DNA of 64,000 nucleotides from Gekko japonicus. Its lineage: Eukaryota. This document shows, one piece after another, positions 35,501-47,100 of the stretch. The translations under genes were made by a program, and so were the position numbers. The stretch is taken from NCBI RefSeq assembly GCF_001447785.1, contig NW_015170912.1, forward strand, positions 414,977 to 478,976, given 5' to 3'. The notes under the pieces are model-generated. The model made no database searches and was not told where the DNA came from. It worked only from the letters and a program-made list of their open reading frames with translations. Position 1 is the first letter of the stretch; every line of letters begins with the position of its first letter.

Positions 35501-38500
35501 CAAACTCTGCAGATATAACGTCTATACACCTTGTGACTTTGTCAATAGAAATAACAAGTATACATTACTTAATGAAGGTTCTGTTGCTACCACAGTTAAT
35601 GCCTGGGATGCTACACATCTTTATTGCTTTCCCTGCTTCTGGTGGTTTCTGATGGTACCAGTTTTTCCATTCTTTTGGACAGTCAGCTGTCCAGCAGACA
35701 CTGATGGACCAGCTGAGGCCCAGAATCCCTCAGTGTTTGAACTGCCAATTGACTGAAAGCTTTGGGTGCTTGTGCTACCAATGAGAGCTAGTAAAGGGGA
35801 AAAGGGGACAGCAGAAAAGGGGAAAAGACAAGGAGAAGAAAAAGAGGAGAGGGACAGACAACTAAGAAACAGAAGTGCCAAGCAGAAGTGTAGAAAGAAG
35901 AGAAGAAAAAGAGGGGGACAAGAGATGGAGGTACACTCTTGTGGTGCAGGAAGGCGGGTGGAGACTATGAAGTATAGAAAGGTGGAAGGGCTGATGGAGC
36001 AGGCAAGGTGTCTGAAAAATATATGTTGCTACAGAGAGTGGACTGGGTCTTAAAAGGGTAACACAGGCCCCGGGCACACGGGCCAGATATCGCGAGGGGG
36101 AGGGGTGGCTAATGGCCCCGGCGCAGTTTGATCCACGATTACACGGTCAGACGCGCCACTGGCACAGCATGGGTCCTTCCCTCGGCGCCAGTGGGTAAAC
36201 GAGGGACCGGAGGGGAATGCCGCGCGCCAGTGTGATCACACCACGGGCGTCTGGAGGCAGCCTGTGGCAAACATTTACTAGTACCTTGGAGGTACTAGTT
36301 TTTAAATCCACATTGTCGGCGGTAAGCCACGGGTGCACTCCACTTCCCAGATGTTGGGGTGTGATCGCGCCCGGATAATCCGCCCACCTTCTGTGCCTCT
36401 CCTGCGGCAACTTTGCCGTGTGACCGGGGCCACAAATGCCTTTTCATAGAGGTGCAGCATTGCTGAGTAAATACAAATACAAATGTATCTCTGCACTATT
36501 TCAGTTTCACACCCAGGCACTATCGGATAGTCACTTGCTCTTTGCTATACAAAGCTGGATTTATGCAGAGGCTAAGCAAACTACAGTTTAGGATCTGAGA
36601 TTGTGAGGGGTCTCTAAATACAAATAAATTACTAAATGTGGTTACAGGCCCAGCTTTGCTGAGCCTAGATGGTGTTGGAGTGCTCCTGATAGCCTGGCCA
36701 GAAGAAAACAGGGTGGAAGGGGAACCAGAACACTGGCAAGAGGGCAAGGGCCCACCTGGCCAGCCACACTGGTAAAAAGTGGCCAGGCACCAGAGGAAGG
36801 GGAGGAGAGGCAGAGAAGGCAATACAGGGGCGGCAGATGGGAGCTGAAGACAGCACTGGGGTTGAGGAAGGGGCTGGGCTGATTGGGCATGACATGACCA
36901 GCCAGATGACTGAGGGTGGTCTGCAGGCTGTGAAAGGGTCATAGGGGCAAGGAGTGGCCCAGGAGTGTGACTGGGCCTCAGCAACCTGGACAGAGGACTT
37001 GGAGGCCCCAGAAGGCGGGGTGGTGGTGGTGTTGAAACAGGCTCAGGGCAATGGGCAGAAGCCGGAGGAAGGCCTTGGAGCCCTGGAGCACCAGACAAGG
37101 CATGCCAGCAAGGGGACTTTGGGCCCAGGACAGCTGCTTAGTGGGCAAAGAAGGAGGCTTGTGTTCAGGCCTTCCAGGGACTGGAAGGCACAGCAGTGTG
37201 AGGGGAAGCATGGTGGCAGCAACAGCACTCAACAATCAGCAAAGCCAAGGAAGATCCTGACTGCCATCCAGTGGCTGGGTGCCCGGTCCGAGGCCACAGC
37301 CCACAGTTACACTAAAGATGACTGAGCTACTTGTCTGATTATAACTTTGGTAATACTATGAGGCCTCTTAACCGTGATATAGTTTATGGCCTAAGCATGT
37401 CCTACGGCCCTGGTAGTATGTGAACAGTAAAGAAGTTAAATACTGCTGAAAGTAGGGTTGCAATATCAACAAGTGCCCATATACGTGCATTCTCTGTAGT
37501 GGTCCCCACCTTATGGATTGGTCTGCCTGAGGAGGTGAGGAAGGCTACCACCCTCCTTGGCTTTCAGCAAACTATGCAGAACTGAATTATTCAGGAATGC
37601 GTTTTTACAGAGTTAACAGAACAGATAGTTCAGGATAATGCTTTGATAAAGGGAAAGGGGCTGTAGACTATATTACTTGTACAGTACCTTTTATCTGTTG
37701 TTATTATGTAATTTGTACATTAACATGCCACGTGTTAATACTTATACTTTGTTTCAGATTTGTGCAATCCTAAATCTCTACATGGTTCACTGGATGTCAC
37801 ATCCTGTTCATTTTATTGACTTACATTGTGTAACCCACTTCCAGTCTCAGTGAGAAAGGCGGACTATAAATCCTGTCCTGAAGATTTGTGGGTGGAGTTT
37901 GGGGAGGGAAGAAAGCTTAGCAGTGGTATGATAGTACAGAATCCACTCCCCAAAGTAGCCATTTTCTCTAGGGGACCTGATCCTTGTAAATCTGGAGACC
38001 TGTCCTAATTCTGGGAGAATTCCAGGCCCCACTTAGAGGTTGGAAACCATGGCAGAAACTATTGCTAGAGAAGTAAAACGGCAAATGTGGGCTTACAATG
38101 AGGCGCACAGGTCCCACCACCTGCCAATGATAAATCTCACATTATGAGGGAGGAAGCCTTGGAGAAACGCTCCTCTGGCTCACAGAGAGGGGGACACAAT
38201 GACGTCACGATTCGCGCAGCCTCATGCACAGGTGCGATGACATCACAGCCAAGCACAGCATACACACTAAAGTAGTCGGAAGGGAGAGGAGGGATGGCAA
38301 GGCTCCCCGTCTCTCCCCCCCCCCCCAAAGGCCATGGGGTTTGTTTCAGTGGAAAGCTGGTGTGCCCGGCACCTGTTGTTCCTGCGTCCTGGATCCCCGG
38401 CTCAGAGACCAGAACCGAGGGCGAGATCTTCTCCTTATCCTCCGACCTCCGCCAGCGGCGGCTGCCTCCGTGGACGCATTCCTGGTCGGTTCCTGCAGCA

Positions 38501-38602
38501 ACACAGCCTTGGCGTTAACTCAATTTACTCTCTCCGCCATAATCTCCTCCCGCCCCACCAAGCCTGAACCCCTCCGGGCACGTGCAATTCACCGGCTCTC
38601 AT
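17422..38602 (-). CDS. CCDC110: Coiled-coil domain-containing protein 110, CDS join(38602-38593,38492-38373,35483-35431,33551-33486,27742-27632,25406-23348,17594-17422), ~863 aa; last exon tentative
   Basis: Conserved N-terminal block QSALK|ILQLQMESFQALRQQTLQSVSM|VQSEISEILNK as recalled for CCDC110; one 2-kb coiled-coil exon; phases consistent; synteny between CFAP96 and PDLIM3. Confidence 0.9.
18111..18301 (+). mobile_element. 5S-rRNA-derived SINE (5S-Sauria type)
   Basis: 5S-like head GCCTGATCTCATCAGATCTCTGAAACTAAGCAGG...GGGAGACC, RTE-type tail GCAATGGCAAACCAC; 10-bp TSD TCTTCATACC. Confidence 0.75.
19211..19617 (+). mobile_element. Probable non-autonomous Helitron
   Basis: A|TCTATATATC start, subterminal hairpin GTGA-GTA-TCAC, CTTG|T end, no TSD. 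Confidence 0.5.
20815..21159 (+). mobile_element. Sauria SINE, full length
   Basis: 13-bp TSD CTAATGTGTGGTA (20802-20814 / 21160-21172). Confidence 0.88.
21336..21807. mobile_element. Two Squam3-type SINEs tail-to-tail (+ 21336-21592; - 21605-21807)
   Basis: Same consensus in opposite orientations. Confidence 0.75.
22440..22494. other. Assembly gap (55 N)
   Basis: Run of N. Confidence 1.
23348..25406 (-). CDS. CCDC110: CCDC110 large coiled-coil exon 6 (2059 nt)
   Basis: Contains the 683-aa ORF with E/K/Q/L heptads; acceptor (TC)nAG at 25407; donor GTATGT at 23347. Confidence 0.93.
25409..25430. repeat. (GA)n microsatellite
   Basis: Directly visible; abuts the CCDC110 exon 6 acceptor. Confidence 0.95.
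26443..27215 (-). mobile_element. CR1 LINE internal fragment (ORF1 esterase end plus ORF2 endonuclease start)
   Basis: VHVGTNDVG (SGNH-type ORF1), DIVGISETWW, VCYRPP, GDFNYP. Confidence 0.85.
27632..27742 (-). CDS. CCDC110: CCDC110 coding exon 5
   Basis: VQSEISEILNKNIADVK...TSTPIRVAM; TTCTACAG / GTATGT. Confidence 0.92.
28455..31642 (+). mobile_element. Near-full-length degenerate L2 LINE ORF2 (APE endonuclease + RT), antisense to CCDC110
   Basis: VYRPP, LGDFNVH, GHTLDL, SDHH, LLDLSAAFDTVDH, GVPQG, DTDDTQ (from YADDTQ), LQLVQNAAARL; (AATA)n tail; multiple stops and frameshifts. Confidence 0.92.
32850..32935 (+). mobile_element. Penelope-like element pLTR fragment with hammerhead core
   Basis: CTGATGA...GAAA core then TTGGTCTTAAAGGTGCCACTGGACTCAAAC; flanking direct repeat TGTCTTAGG; related pieces at ~100-180, 8533-8580, 38829-38895, 39922-40105. 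Confidence 0.65.
33160..33365. mobile_element. hAT MITE (second copy inverted at ~42060-42263)
   Basis: TIR CAGTGTTCCCTCTAAGCTG; 8-bp TSD ATTGAGAC/ATTGAGAT. Confidence 0.8.
33486..33551 (-). CDS. CCDC110: CCDC110 coding exon 4
   Basis: ILQLQMESFQALRQQTLQSVSM; TGTAG / GTAAGA. Confidence 0.93.
33745..34205 (-). mobile_element. Possible solo LTR
   Basis: TGTTAC start, candidate GTTAG 5-bp repeat at 33740 and 34202, minus-strand TATAA (~33952) and ATTAAA (~33820). Confidence 0.35.
35431..35483 (-). CDS. CCDC110: CCDC110 coding exon 3
   Basis: DKSASRRDGQGQAQSALK; TTTTCCAG / GTAAGT. Confidence 0.88.
36066..36431. mobile_element. PIF/Harbinger-type MITE (family H)
   Basis: TIR GGCCCCGG(G/T)CACACGG; 3-bp TSD ACA; internal ACTAGTACCT...AGGTACTAGT palindrome. 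Confidence 0.8.
38373..38492 (-). CDS. CCDC110: CCDC110 coding exon 2
   Basis: 120 nt, phase 1-1, open (GTDQECVHGG...DAGTT); TTGCTGCAG / GTGCCG. Confidence 0.7.
38593..38602 (-). CDS. CCDC110: CCDC110 coding exon 1 (ATG AGA GCC G|gtgaat)
   Basis: AAG-ATG in the CpG island, 10-nt phase-1 coding stub followed by a donor. Confidence 0.75.
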
Positions 38603-39921
38603 CTTGTTTTCCGCTTCGCCTCGTTCAAACCGCGACTCTGCCGCCCAAACCGCCGCTCCGCCCAAGGCAGCGTCACGTTGCTACGCAACGAATGTCCCAC
38701 GAGATGAGACGAGTCGGGAGCAGTGGTTTACCAGAGCCCCTACTGCGCATGCGCATCTGTGCGCCACCTAGCGACCGCGGGAGCTTCTGGCAAGATTCCT
38801 TGCCTTTAGGTACATTTAACAGCCTTCGAGTTCAGTGGCACCTTTAAGACCAGCAAAGGTTTATTCAAGGTATGAGCTTTCGTGCACACGCACTGTTTAT
38901 CAAATATATAGCAAGGCTTGGGAAGATTTTTTTTAAAAAAACCTAAACAAGGTGCTTTGGTTTTATTACGGAACGTCATTACTTCAGTAGCTTCCATCAC
39001 CGCGCCCGCGGGAGCTTGCAAACCTGTTAATTCGGGGGGAGTGGGGGGAGAAATCGCATTTTCACCTATAGTTTGTCACCCCAGTACACGCGATGAATCA
39101 GGCTTTGAGGTTATCTCCCATCTGCGACAACAAAATTGCTCCACTTCAGTTCGACAAACCGGATAAAGGATATCGGGGATGTGAGGGCACACAACTAAAA
39201 AGCCCAGGGTCGCCCTAAAGACTAACAAAATGTATCCCAACATTACTGTTCCTGACTTAGAGATCACCGTTCAGTTTCCACGCTGTTGTTTCTGGTCTTT
39301 CATTATTTTAATTAATTATAAAAAAAAGAGAGCTGGCGAAATAAGGTCAGGAGCCTAATACCTATAATTAGATGCTCCTATTCTCCTCCCCATTAGTGTG
39401 TTCCTGGAAAAAAGACTAAATGTGAATGTCATTTGGAGTGCTCCACCGCGTCTTCTCTCCTTTTCCTTTGTACAGATTTGTGCATTGGAAACACAGTATC
39501 AAATGTGTCATCAAGTTCCGACCAATTGAGCTGACATTTTATGCTAATTTGTTTCCACCGAAAGCAGCACATGAAGCAGGGAACAACAAACAAAAGTGCA
39601 GTCCAATATTTTTTAACACAAACCAAGAAGGGAACCATTTGGAAATCTTACTTCACCCCACTCTCATGTCTTTCAGGCACCAGGCTGGTTTCTCCTCTCC
39701 CTTTCATTCCTCCAGCTGATGCTGCTGTCCAGGGCCCATCCCTTCTAGAGCATGTTTAGTCCCCGTAGAGCTCGGTCTTGAGCATGGGAGAGGGTAGTTT
39801 ACGAAGTCATACATTTCTGCATACCTATGTAGTCCTCCAAGTAGATGGCCTTGTTGTGTTGTTTTCACACGGGCTAGCCACTTGACTAACAAATACAGTT
39901 ATAACATTCAGAAATACAAAG

Positions 39922-40105
39922 AAACAAAGTTTGAGTCCAGTGGCACCTTTAAGACCAACAAAGTTTAATTCTGGGTATAAGCGTTCATGTGCATGAACAC
40001 GTCATCAGATGCAAGAAAGCGTATGCCCAGAATTAAACTCTGTTGGTCTTAAAGCTGCCACTGGACTCAAACTTTGTTCCACTGCTTCAGACCAACACAG
40101 CTGCC
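39922..40105. mobile_element. Penelope-like element with inverted pLTR arrangement
   Basis: ~60-bp imperfect inverted arms AACAAAGTTTGAGTCCAGTGGCA.../...TGCCACTGGACTCAAACTTTGTT. Confidence 0.65.
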
Positions 40106-40364
40106 CTGTCCACACTTTTGTGCAGGAGCAAAAAAGAAAGGGGGAGGAGCAGTGCTGGAGGGTGGCTACAGTGAGCAGAGCAAGGAAAGGGACATGTGGA
40201 CCCTGTTTCCATCCATTCCCATCCTGCTTGCAGCTGATGCTGTGGTGAGGACACATTTTTATGCCCCTATGTAGATACAGCCATAATTAAGAGTGTTGGA
40301 CTGGGCTCCAGGGAATCCAGCTACAAATCCCCACTTAACCATGGGGGGGGGGGTGTGCATGCAA

Positions 40365-41075
40365 AGTGCAGTCAAGTGGCTTCCAACTTATGGCGGCCCA
40401 ATGAATTAATGAGCACCAAAACATTCTGTGGTTAACAGCCTTGCCCAAGTCTTGTAAACTGAGGGCTGTGGTTTCCTTTACTGAGCCAATCCATCTCATG
40501 TTTGTTTTTTTCCTGTTACCTTCAACTTTTCCTAACATTATTTTAAATAGTTTTTTAAATTTTTCAACAGTTAAATTAATAACAAAGAAAACTTGAATAT
40601 ATCATGACAGAGTAATAGTGTTTGATAAAATAGTGCAATATGTCAGCATTATATATAACTGCAAGAGATTGGATTTATACCCCACCCTTCACTCACAAAC
40701 TCCTTTCCCTTCTGCTCCCCTCAACAGACACCCTGTGAGGTAGGTGGGGCTGAGAGAGCTCTTTCCAGAACTATCCTTGAGAGAACAGCTCTGACAGAAC
40801 TATGGCTTGCCCAAGGTCATCCAGCAGCTGCAAGTGGAGGAGTGGGGGATCAAAACTGGTTCTCCCAGATTAGAGTCTGCACACTTAACCACTACACCAA
40901 ATGTCTTCTTATAATGTGAGCAAAGTAGGATAACCTCAGTTTAGTCATTTTAGCTTTTAGGGAGAGTTCAGGGTTGATTTGATCTAGAACCCACTTATTT
41001 GTCTTGTTGGCAGTCCTTGGTATCTGCAAAACTCTTCTCCTACAACACATTTCAAAGGAATCCGCTTTCTTCCAT
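40365..41075 (-). mobile_element. RTE-BovB 3' fragment interrupted by a Squam3 SINE (40665-40901)
   Basis: MLGKVEG...RW..SVKE RTE C-terminal peptide; matching RTE sequence resumes after the SINE. Confidence 0.65.
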
Positions 41076-42527
41076 GAGGATTCTCCTTATTATGACTATG
41101 GCCTAATCACTGGAGCCACACTGGGACTCGCACTGTTTTTCAGATATGGCAAACACAAACAAAGGGCATATGTTATCACTCTGATCAGGGCTCCAAGGCT
41201 GGAGAAAACTCAGATAGGGACCTGGGTACAGGGATGGACTTCAGCCAGTGGTGAGTGGGGCAGATGTTTGGGGAGGCAAGCCCCAAAGGAAGGGGGAGGA
41301 GAAGAACAGATCCCTACCGCTGCTTGCATCTGTTTGTTCTGGGGCCCAAGGAGCCAGTTATTATCAGAGAGAAAGTACGCTGAGGTGGCCAAGTAACCCA
41401 TGTGAACACATTTGTGTACAGCTACACCAAGAACTGGAGTTATTTAGAACAGTCCTAAAGGTGCCAGCATTAGTGCTGCTCGTGTATTCTTCCAGATGTC
41501 CTCTCCTCTGCAAGGGATGAGGAGGAAGGGAAGGAACCGAGTGAAATGTCATAACTTTCAAACCATTAGGTCGACCGACACACGCTGCTTCTACAAAGTT
41601 CAAGCAGAGAGAGAGAGCTGTTCCTTACTCCTACATGGGAGTCAAATTTGTCAAATTTTAGATGGCTGTTCATCAAGAGAAGGGCAGAAATAGATAGGAT
41701 AACCAATGCCTGTTTGGTAGGATAACTTTATAAGTGTTGATCAGCCAACATTGACAGCTAGTTTCAGTCTCTGCATTTAATTCAGTGAAGGGCCACGTGC
41801 TAGCTAGCACAAACCTTTGGCAGAGACTTAAGCATAGTTCACATATCTCCTGCTGCTTTGGTCTCTTTAGGGAAACGATACACAGCATGCCCTCACATGG
41901 CCTTATTCTTCAGCTCTCTTTACTTTCCCTGGAGAAATGAATATGCAATATAAGGTTTCTGGCCTTTAGAGATAATGTGAGCATTTCTGGTCCCCCCTCC
42001 CCATGAAGGCAGAGATTACACTGTCTCTGCTACAGTAATACCTGAGGGAGAGTGGAATGAAGTGCTCCCTCTAAGCTGTGGAGTCTTGTGAACAAAAATT
42101 CTACTTTGTGAGCTACTGGCATTAAAGTTGTGAGCAAACGATTTGGCTACTGCATAAACTAGTTTGCTCTGGAGCCATCCTTCCTGAACTAAGCCAAAAA
42201 TGTGTGAGCTGGAGGCTAAAAAACTGAGCTCGCTCACACTAACTCAGCTTAGAGGGAATGCTGAAGTGGACTCTTCTTAACATGGAGACACACATACCTT
42301 AGATCTTGCTGCTGACTTTACTAGGCACAGATAAAACCCTATCTGACTTCAGAAAACTCTTGGTCTTGGAGCAAAATGAATGCAGCTGAAGTGAATTTTT
42401 GTTCCGTACAGGAGTAACTTTTGCTAATTTGAGGAAATTTTCCCCATCCCCTTTTTCAATTTGCAGTATTTACCACTGCTGTCACAAATAGTATGCACAA
42501 AAACTTTTCTGAATAGATCTGCACATT

Positions 42528-42533
42528 TTTATT
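42528..42533 (-). terminator. PDLIM3: Candidate PDLIM3 polyadenylation signal (AATAAA; another at 43040-43045)
   Basis: TTTATT on the plus strand ~1.46 kb past the stop. Confidence 0.5.
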
Positions 42534-43992
42534 GGATGCTAATTAACACAGAAAAAATACTGCTGCAAAATAAATTGTGTGTTTGTTTCGGGGTGTTTTT
42601 CCCCCATTAAGTCATTTAATCACATTTGTTCACAGGATCCCTGATAAAGTACAGTTTTGTTTTGTTTTTACGTTCACAAATATCTTTGGTTGGGATCTGA
42701 AGAGCTACTCAAACATACTTGAGGACTTGCACACACCAGTAAGATTTTTTCTCCTTTGAAGTGCAAATCCTTATGCTAGCTCATAAACAAAGGCCCTGTT
42801 CCAGCAGTGGATGTCCATCAAAATGGACACCAAGCCAGTCCTATCGGACCCAGATAGGCATCATGGATGCAGATGTGTTTTCAGCTGCTAGGCTGTGTAC
42901 AGAAATCTCTACTTACATGTGGGGTAGACAGGTTGCCCTGGAGTCTGGAGGCCTGCTGTCCAAAACAACCCCACCCTACATCTGTTGCGCTTGTGGAAAT
43001 AATCACATTTTGGGGCAGGGATCTTGCCATTTTCATGTATTTATTTCTTCTCCTCAGCATAACGATAAAGACAGGCAGCAAAAATAAACTTACAGTAACA
43101 AAGCAAAATATTTCATTTTGGGGGTCACAATCCTTTCTTCTAATGAAAATGACCCAAGTACTTGCTACATTGGCTTCGTAAGTTCTATGTTTAACATATA
43201 CAAGTTGAGAGGTAAGGTACTAAAAATGAAATCCTATCTCATGGTGTGCATAATATTGTGGGCTTTGTATATAAATGATAAATGGGATTTAAGAAATAAT
43301 GCATAGACGTCTAAGACACACACACTGTCTTCAGAGCACTTCACTGCATTTGATATTAATAAGACAAATAGCTCCGTCTCATCCACATAAGTGAATCATG
43401 TCCAGCTCCACTCCACTCACTCATTGCCTAGTTACTCCTCTTTCTCCAGCCAGGAAAGGTCATGTTGCCAGGTCCCTCTCAGGTATGCCCCCCCCAAGCA
43501 GGATGCTTTGTTTTCCAGAAGGAAGAGAGAACAGTGAGAAGAAGGAACACTGACAGATGATATAAAAACTGCTCACTGTGTGTTCATAGTGCAGTGAACT
43601 CTATAGAATAAGAATATCTTTTTTTAAACCCAAAGGATTTGTTTTCAGAGGTCGGAGTACTCTGGACTGGATTTCTTTCTAGTATTACTTGTAAAAAAAT
43701 GAATCTGAGGATCTGGACAGAAATATAGGTCTCTCACTATAGGTAGCTGTAACCAAAATAAATTCAAAGGCACTTAATCTAATACAGCAACTTATATTAA
43801 CTTTATACGCCATCAGATTACATTGGCGATCGTGATAATAATCCGTAGACAGAGATACAGGATACTAGAAATATTATCCTTCTGCTCCATCCTATCCCTC
43901 CCTCAAAAGCACTATGTTGGATTCAGGGACTGTACTGCTGCTGTAAACTGATAATGGCTTGCGTGCATGCAGGTATGTTTGTCTCCAAACGG

Positions 43993-44182
43993 TTAAGCCC
44001 TGGGATAAACAGTGACCGCTTCATATCCCTCTGGTGGCCTCATGCGGGCTCGGGCATGAGCTTCACAGTATAATTGCCCCTCCACGAAGAAGTAACCTTT
44101 CTGCTTCAAGTTGAGGTTGCAGTCCGAGCACACAAAACATTCCGGGTGCCGGTGTTTATCACGTGCCTTTACAACCGTGCCG
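43993..44182 (-). CDS. PDLIM3: PDLIM3 last coding exon (LIM domain)
   Basis: [46 protein letters not shown]...YPRA*. Confidence 0.96.
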
Positions 44183-47100
44183 CTGCGAAGAGCAAAAGGA
44201 ACGGATAAAACCAAGAGGTTAAATATCAGTCACATACGAGGACGATGATTTAAGAAGTGAGATTAAAACATTACAATACAACTAGAGGCATGCAGCTAAT
44301 GACTTGGTCACTTATTACCAAATCAATATAGAACCCTGGCCCAATCTGCATCTAGCATTTGCTCTGCTGTTTTACCAAACCTACAATGGAAAAAGATGCG
44401 GATCAAAACCACATTCAAATACCCCAGGCCAACACCGTACTGACTGCAGAGTCACCCGTGAATGGCCATAAAACGGCCCTAAATCTATGCAGATAGCTAC
44501 CATAAAACCAAGAGATCAAACGAAGTGAAAGCAGCATGCAGTCAGTCTGGAGACTCCCATAAAATCCGAAAATCAATAAAAGTGAAAGTGGCACTCAATG
44601 CAGAGGGGAATTTCTGTTCCAGCATGGGTTTGGTAAGACAGCGGAGCAAATGCTAGATGCAGATTGGGCCCCTGTCTTGCTGGGGTGGATCCTACTGCTG
44701 TCTTCCCACTCCACTGAGCACAGACCGAAGCCTTCCTCCCCTAAGGGAACTTCCTCCAATTCAACTGGCTTTTCATAGGAGGAAGGGCCACTTAAGTTTT
44801 AGGAAGTATCCTTAGGCTGGAGGAGGGCTCATTGGAGAACTTTGGATTCACGCTCCCCACCCCACCCCATTTTTAGCAATTTCTGGCCATGTGTGTATTT
44901 TTACTCTGTCCATTCTCAGTTTTCCTTCTGTTCTTGAGATTGTTCCCATTCTCCTCTTTCACCTTTCTGAATGTCTTCCTGTTCAGGTCCTTCTTTCTTA
45001 TTCCACCCCACCCACTCCTAGTTTCCTTACTTTGTTGCTCTATCACATTCATGTCTATTCCTATCTAGGTTTCTGCTTGATCTTGATCTTTCTCTCTCTT
45101 TTTTGCCTTCTTCCTGCACTGCCCCCTTTTTAGATTCTCAGAAGTTTAGCCAATGACAGCCAGAAACCCTTCTGACAGCCCAGCCCTTTTCCAATAGGCA
45201 GGCAACTGAATCAATCCCTGCCAGCAGTTTTATCACCACTACTGCAAACTTCTTTAATGCATTACATTACAGGTTTCTTCAATATTAGTAGTTTAGTCTG
45301 GAATTGCCATCATTGTTTTTTCAAAACAGAGAATCTAGATGACCGTGGCTGCTCCCATGGATTCTCCATTTTGTGTTCATCACTGCTGTTTAATGCAATA
45401 TAGTGCGAAAGTAAGGCAAAGTATAGTTAAGTGTATGTGCTGCTAAGGATAAGGGAAGTTCCGAGCAGGCTTCTTTTAGATGTGATACTGGAACTTCTTC
45501 AGATACACAAAAGAGTCAATACGTGTACCATCCTTTACTCCTGTATGGGTCTCTACAAGCCTGAATAACTGTGCAGTTCGCTCTGAGTAGACTACAGGGC
45601 ACATCTCAGGTTTTTTTCCTATTCAAGCCAATGGAACAATTCGATTTGCTTTCATTTGGTAGAACCCAGTGTTGTGATTTTCAAAGACTAAAAGAATCCC
45701 TTTCAAAAGGCTGGGCAAATAACGTAGAATCAATATATAATGGGGAGCAGGATTTCACTCCCTAGATCCTACATTTGAGCTGTTCATATTTAATACTGCC
45801 AGGCACAGCTGTGGGAAAGATCATGTGTTATATGCACGTGTACATCAACTGTTGCATATTGCATCCAGTACATACAGGGAAGGTGAGACGGGAGGCAGGC
45901 ATGACCCAGGTGCCTCACTACACATTGGCTTCATTGCCCAACACTCATACCATAGTTATAGGCCAATCCTCTGCCCTTTCATTTTTGCCCCAGAAGCTGA
46001 GCCTGCTGTGAGGCCACCTGCAGTGCTGGAGGAATGGGGCAGGTGTCCTTTGGCATCACAGTAATGAGCCCTAATCTGGTCTCCTGCTCTGTTAAATCCA
46101 GTCTGCATAGCACAGGGCTATTAGGCTCTACTAAGATCGCATTTCAGTAGGAGCCATGCCTGTCACGTAATAATTCAGCAAGCTTTGCCAACTTTACAGC
46201 GACACAGAATCTGTAGATGTGATTTACAGACTATGCCTTTCCACTTGTAATATTTAAAAAACAGCATATTGCACTGAAGTTTAAACAAACACACTTGTCT
46301 ATCCACATTCATTACCTGGAATTTCGAATAGTTTATGAGTACTCTTAGAACTGTGTATGGTTTGCGTTTTCATTCTCAAGGTAAATCATGCTTTCACCCT
46401 AAGTTTCAGGGGGAGCTTTTGGGTATCTATAGTATGGATTTGTTAAAAATAAAATTAAAATCTTACACAATTCCATTTCCACACTTGTCACACAAGGGAA
46501 CCTTTGGCACACTTCCTGCACCAGCAGATGGCTTTGTCATTGGTGCTTTCACGCTCCTTGTACCAGTTGGCCGTCCATCTGAGGGGGGAAAAGATATTTC
46601 CATTCACAAAACAGTCCAGAGTGCTGGTCTTCTTCTAAATTTCTAGAATCAGAGGCTTAAGCAATAACCTTTTGATTGTAACACTGAACACAACTCCACC
46701 TCCTTACTAATAAATATTTTATGTTTTAGGGCCAAAGACTGCATGCATAGACTGCAAGCATAAATCTATTTCCAACTATTTTTGTGTTTATTTAGATTGG
46801 TTGTCCTTATTACTGGCTTCCCAGTTTCTTCAGTCATCCCTAGTTTATCATTCTTACTGAAACCCAGAAGGACTTTAAACATTCTTTACTTTTAGTCTAG
46901 ATCACATTCATTCAGTTTAACTAACCAAAATGTCAGGCATTCCTTTCACCTCTCTCTTTTTAAAAAGAAAACTCACCAGTTCTGTTTATTACTAGATGCC
47001 TGACATTGGCAGCAATTGACATTTTGTTGTATTATCATGTTGTTGTAAAGCATTAAGATATTGTATGGCTAGATTGTATAAACTTGTGAAAATGTTGTAT

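Larger units (their letters stand above)
38190..39050 (-). promoter_or_regulatory. CCDC110: CCDC110 CpG-island promoter
   Basis: X-box GTTGCTACGCAAC at 38677-38689, NRF1 palindrome TGCGCATGCGCA at 38744-38755, GC boxes CCGCCC at ~38641-38663, CRE TGACGTCA at 38200-38207. Confidence 0.75.

Noticed and set aside
35659-35752. Candidate extra CCDC110 exon (SIGSSNTEG...KNGKT)
   Set aside because: Weak donor (GTACCA) and phase-0 entry incompatible with phase-1 exon 2; the model is complete without it
38224-38847. 207-aa plus-strand ORF
   Set aside because: Antisense to CCDC110 exons 1-2 in a CpG island; no domain signal
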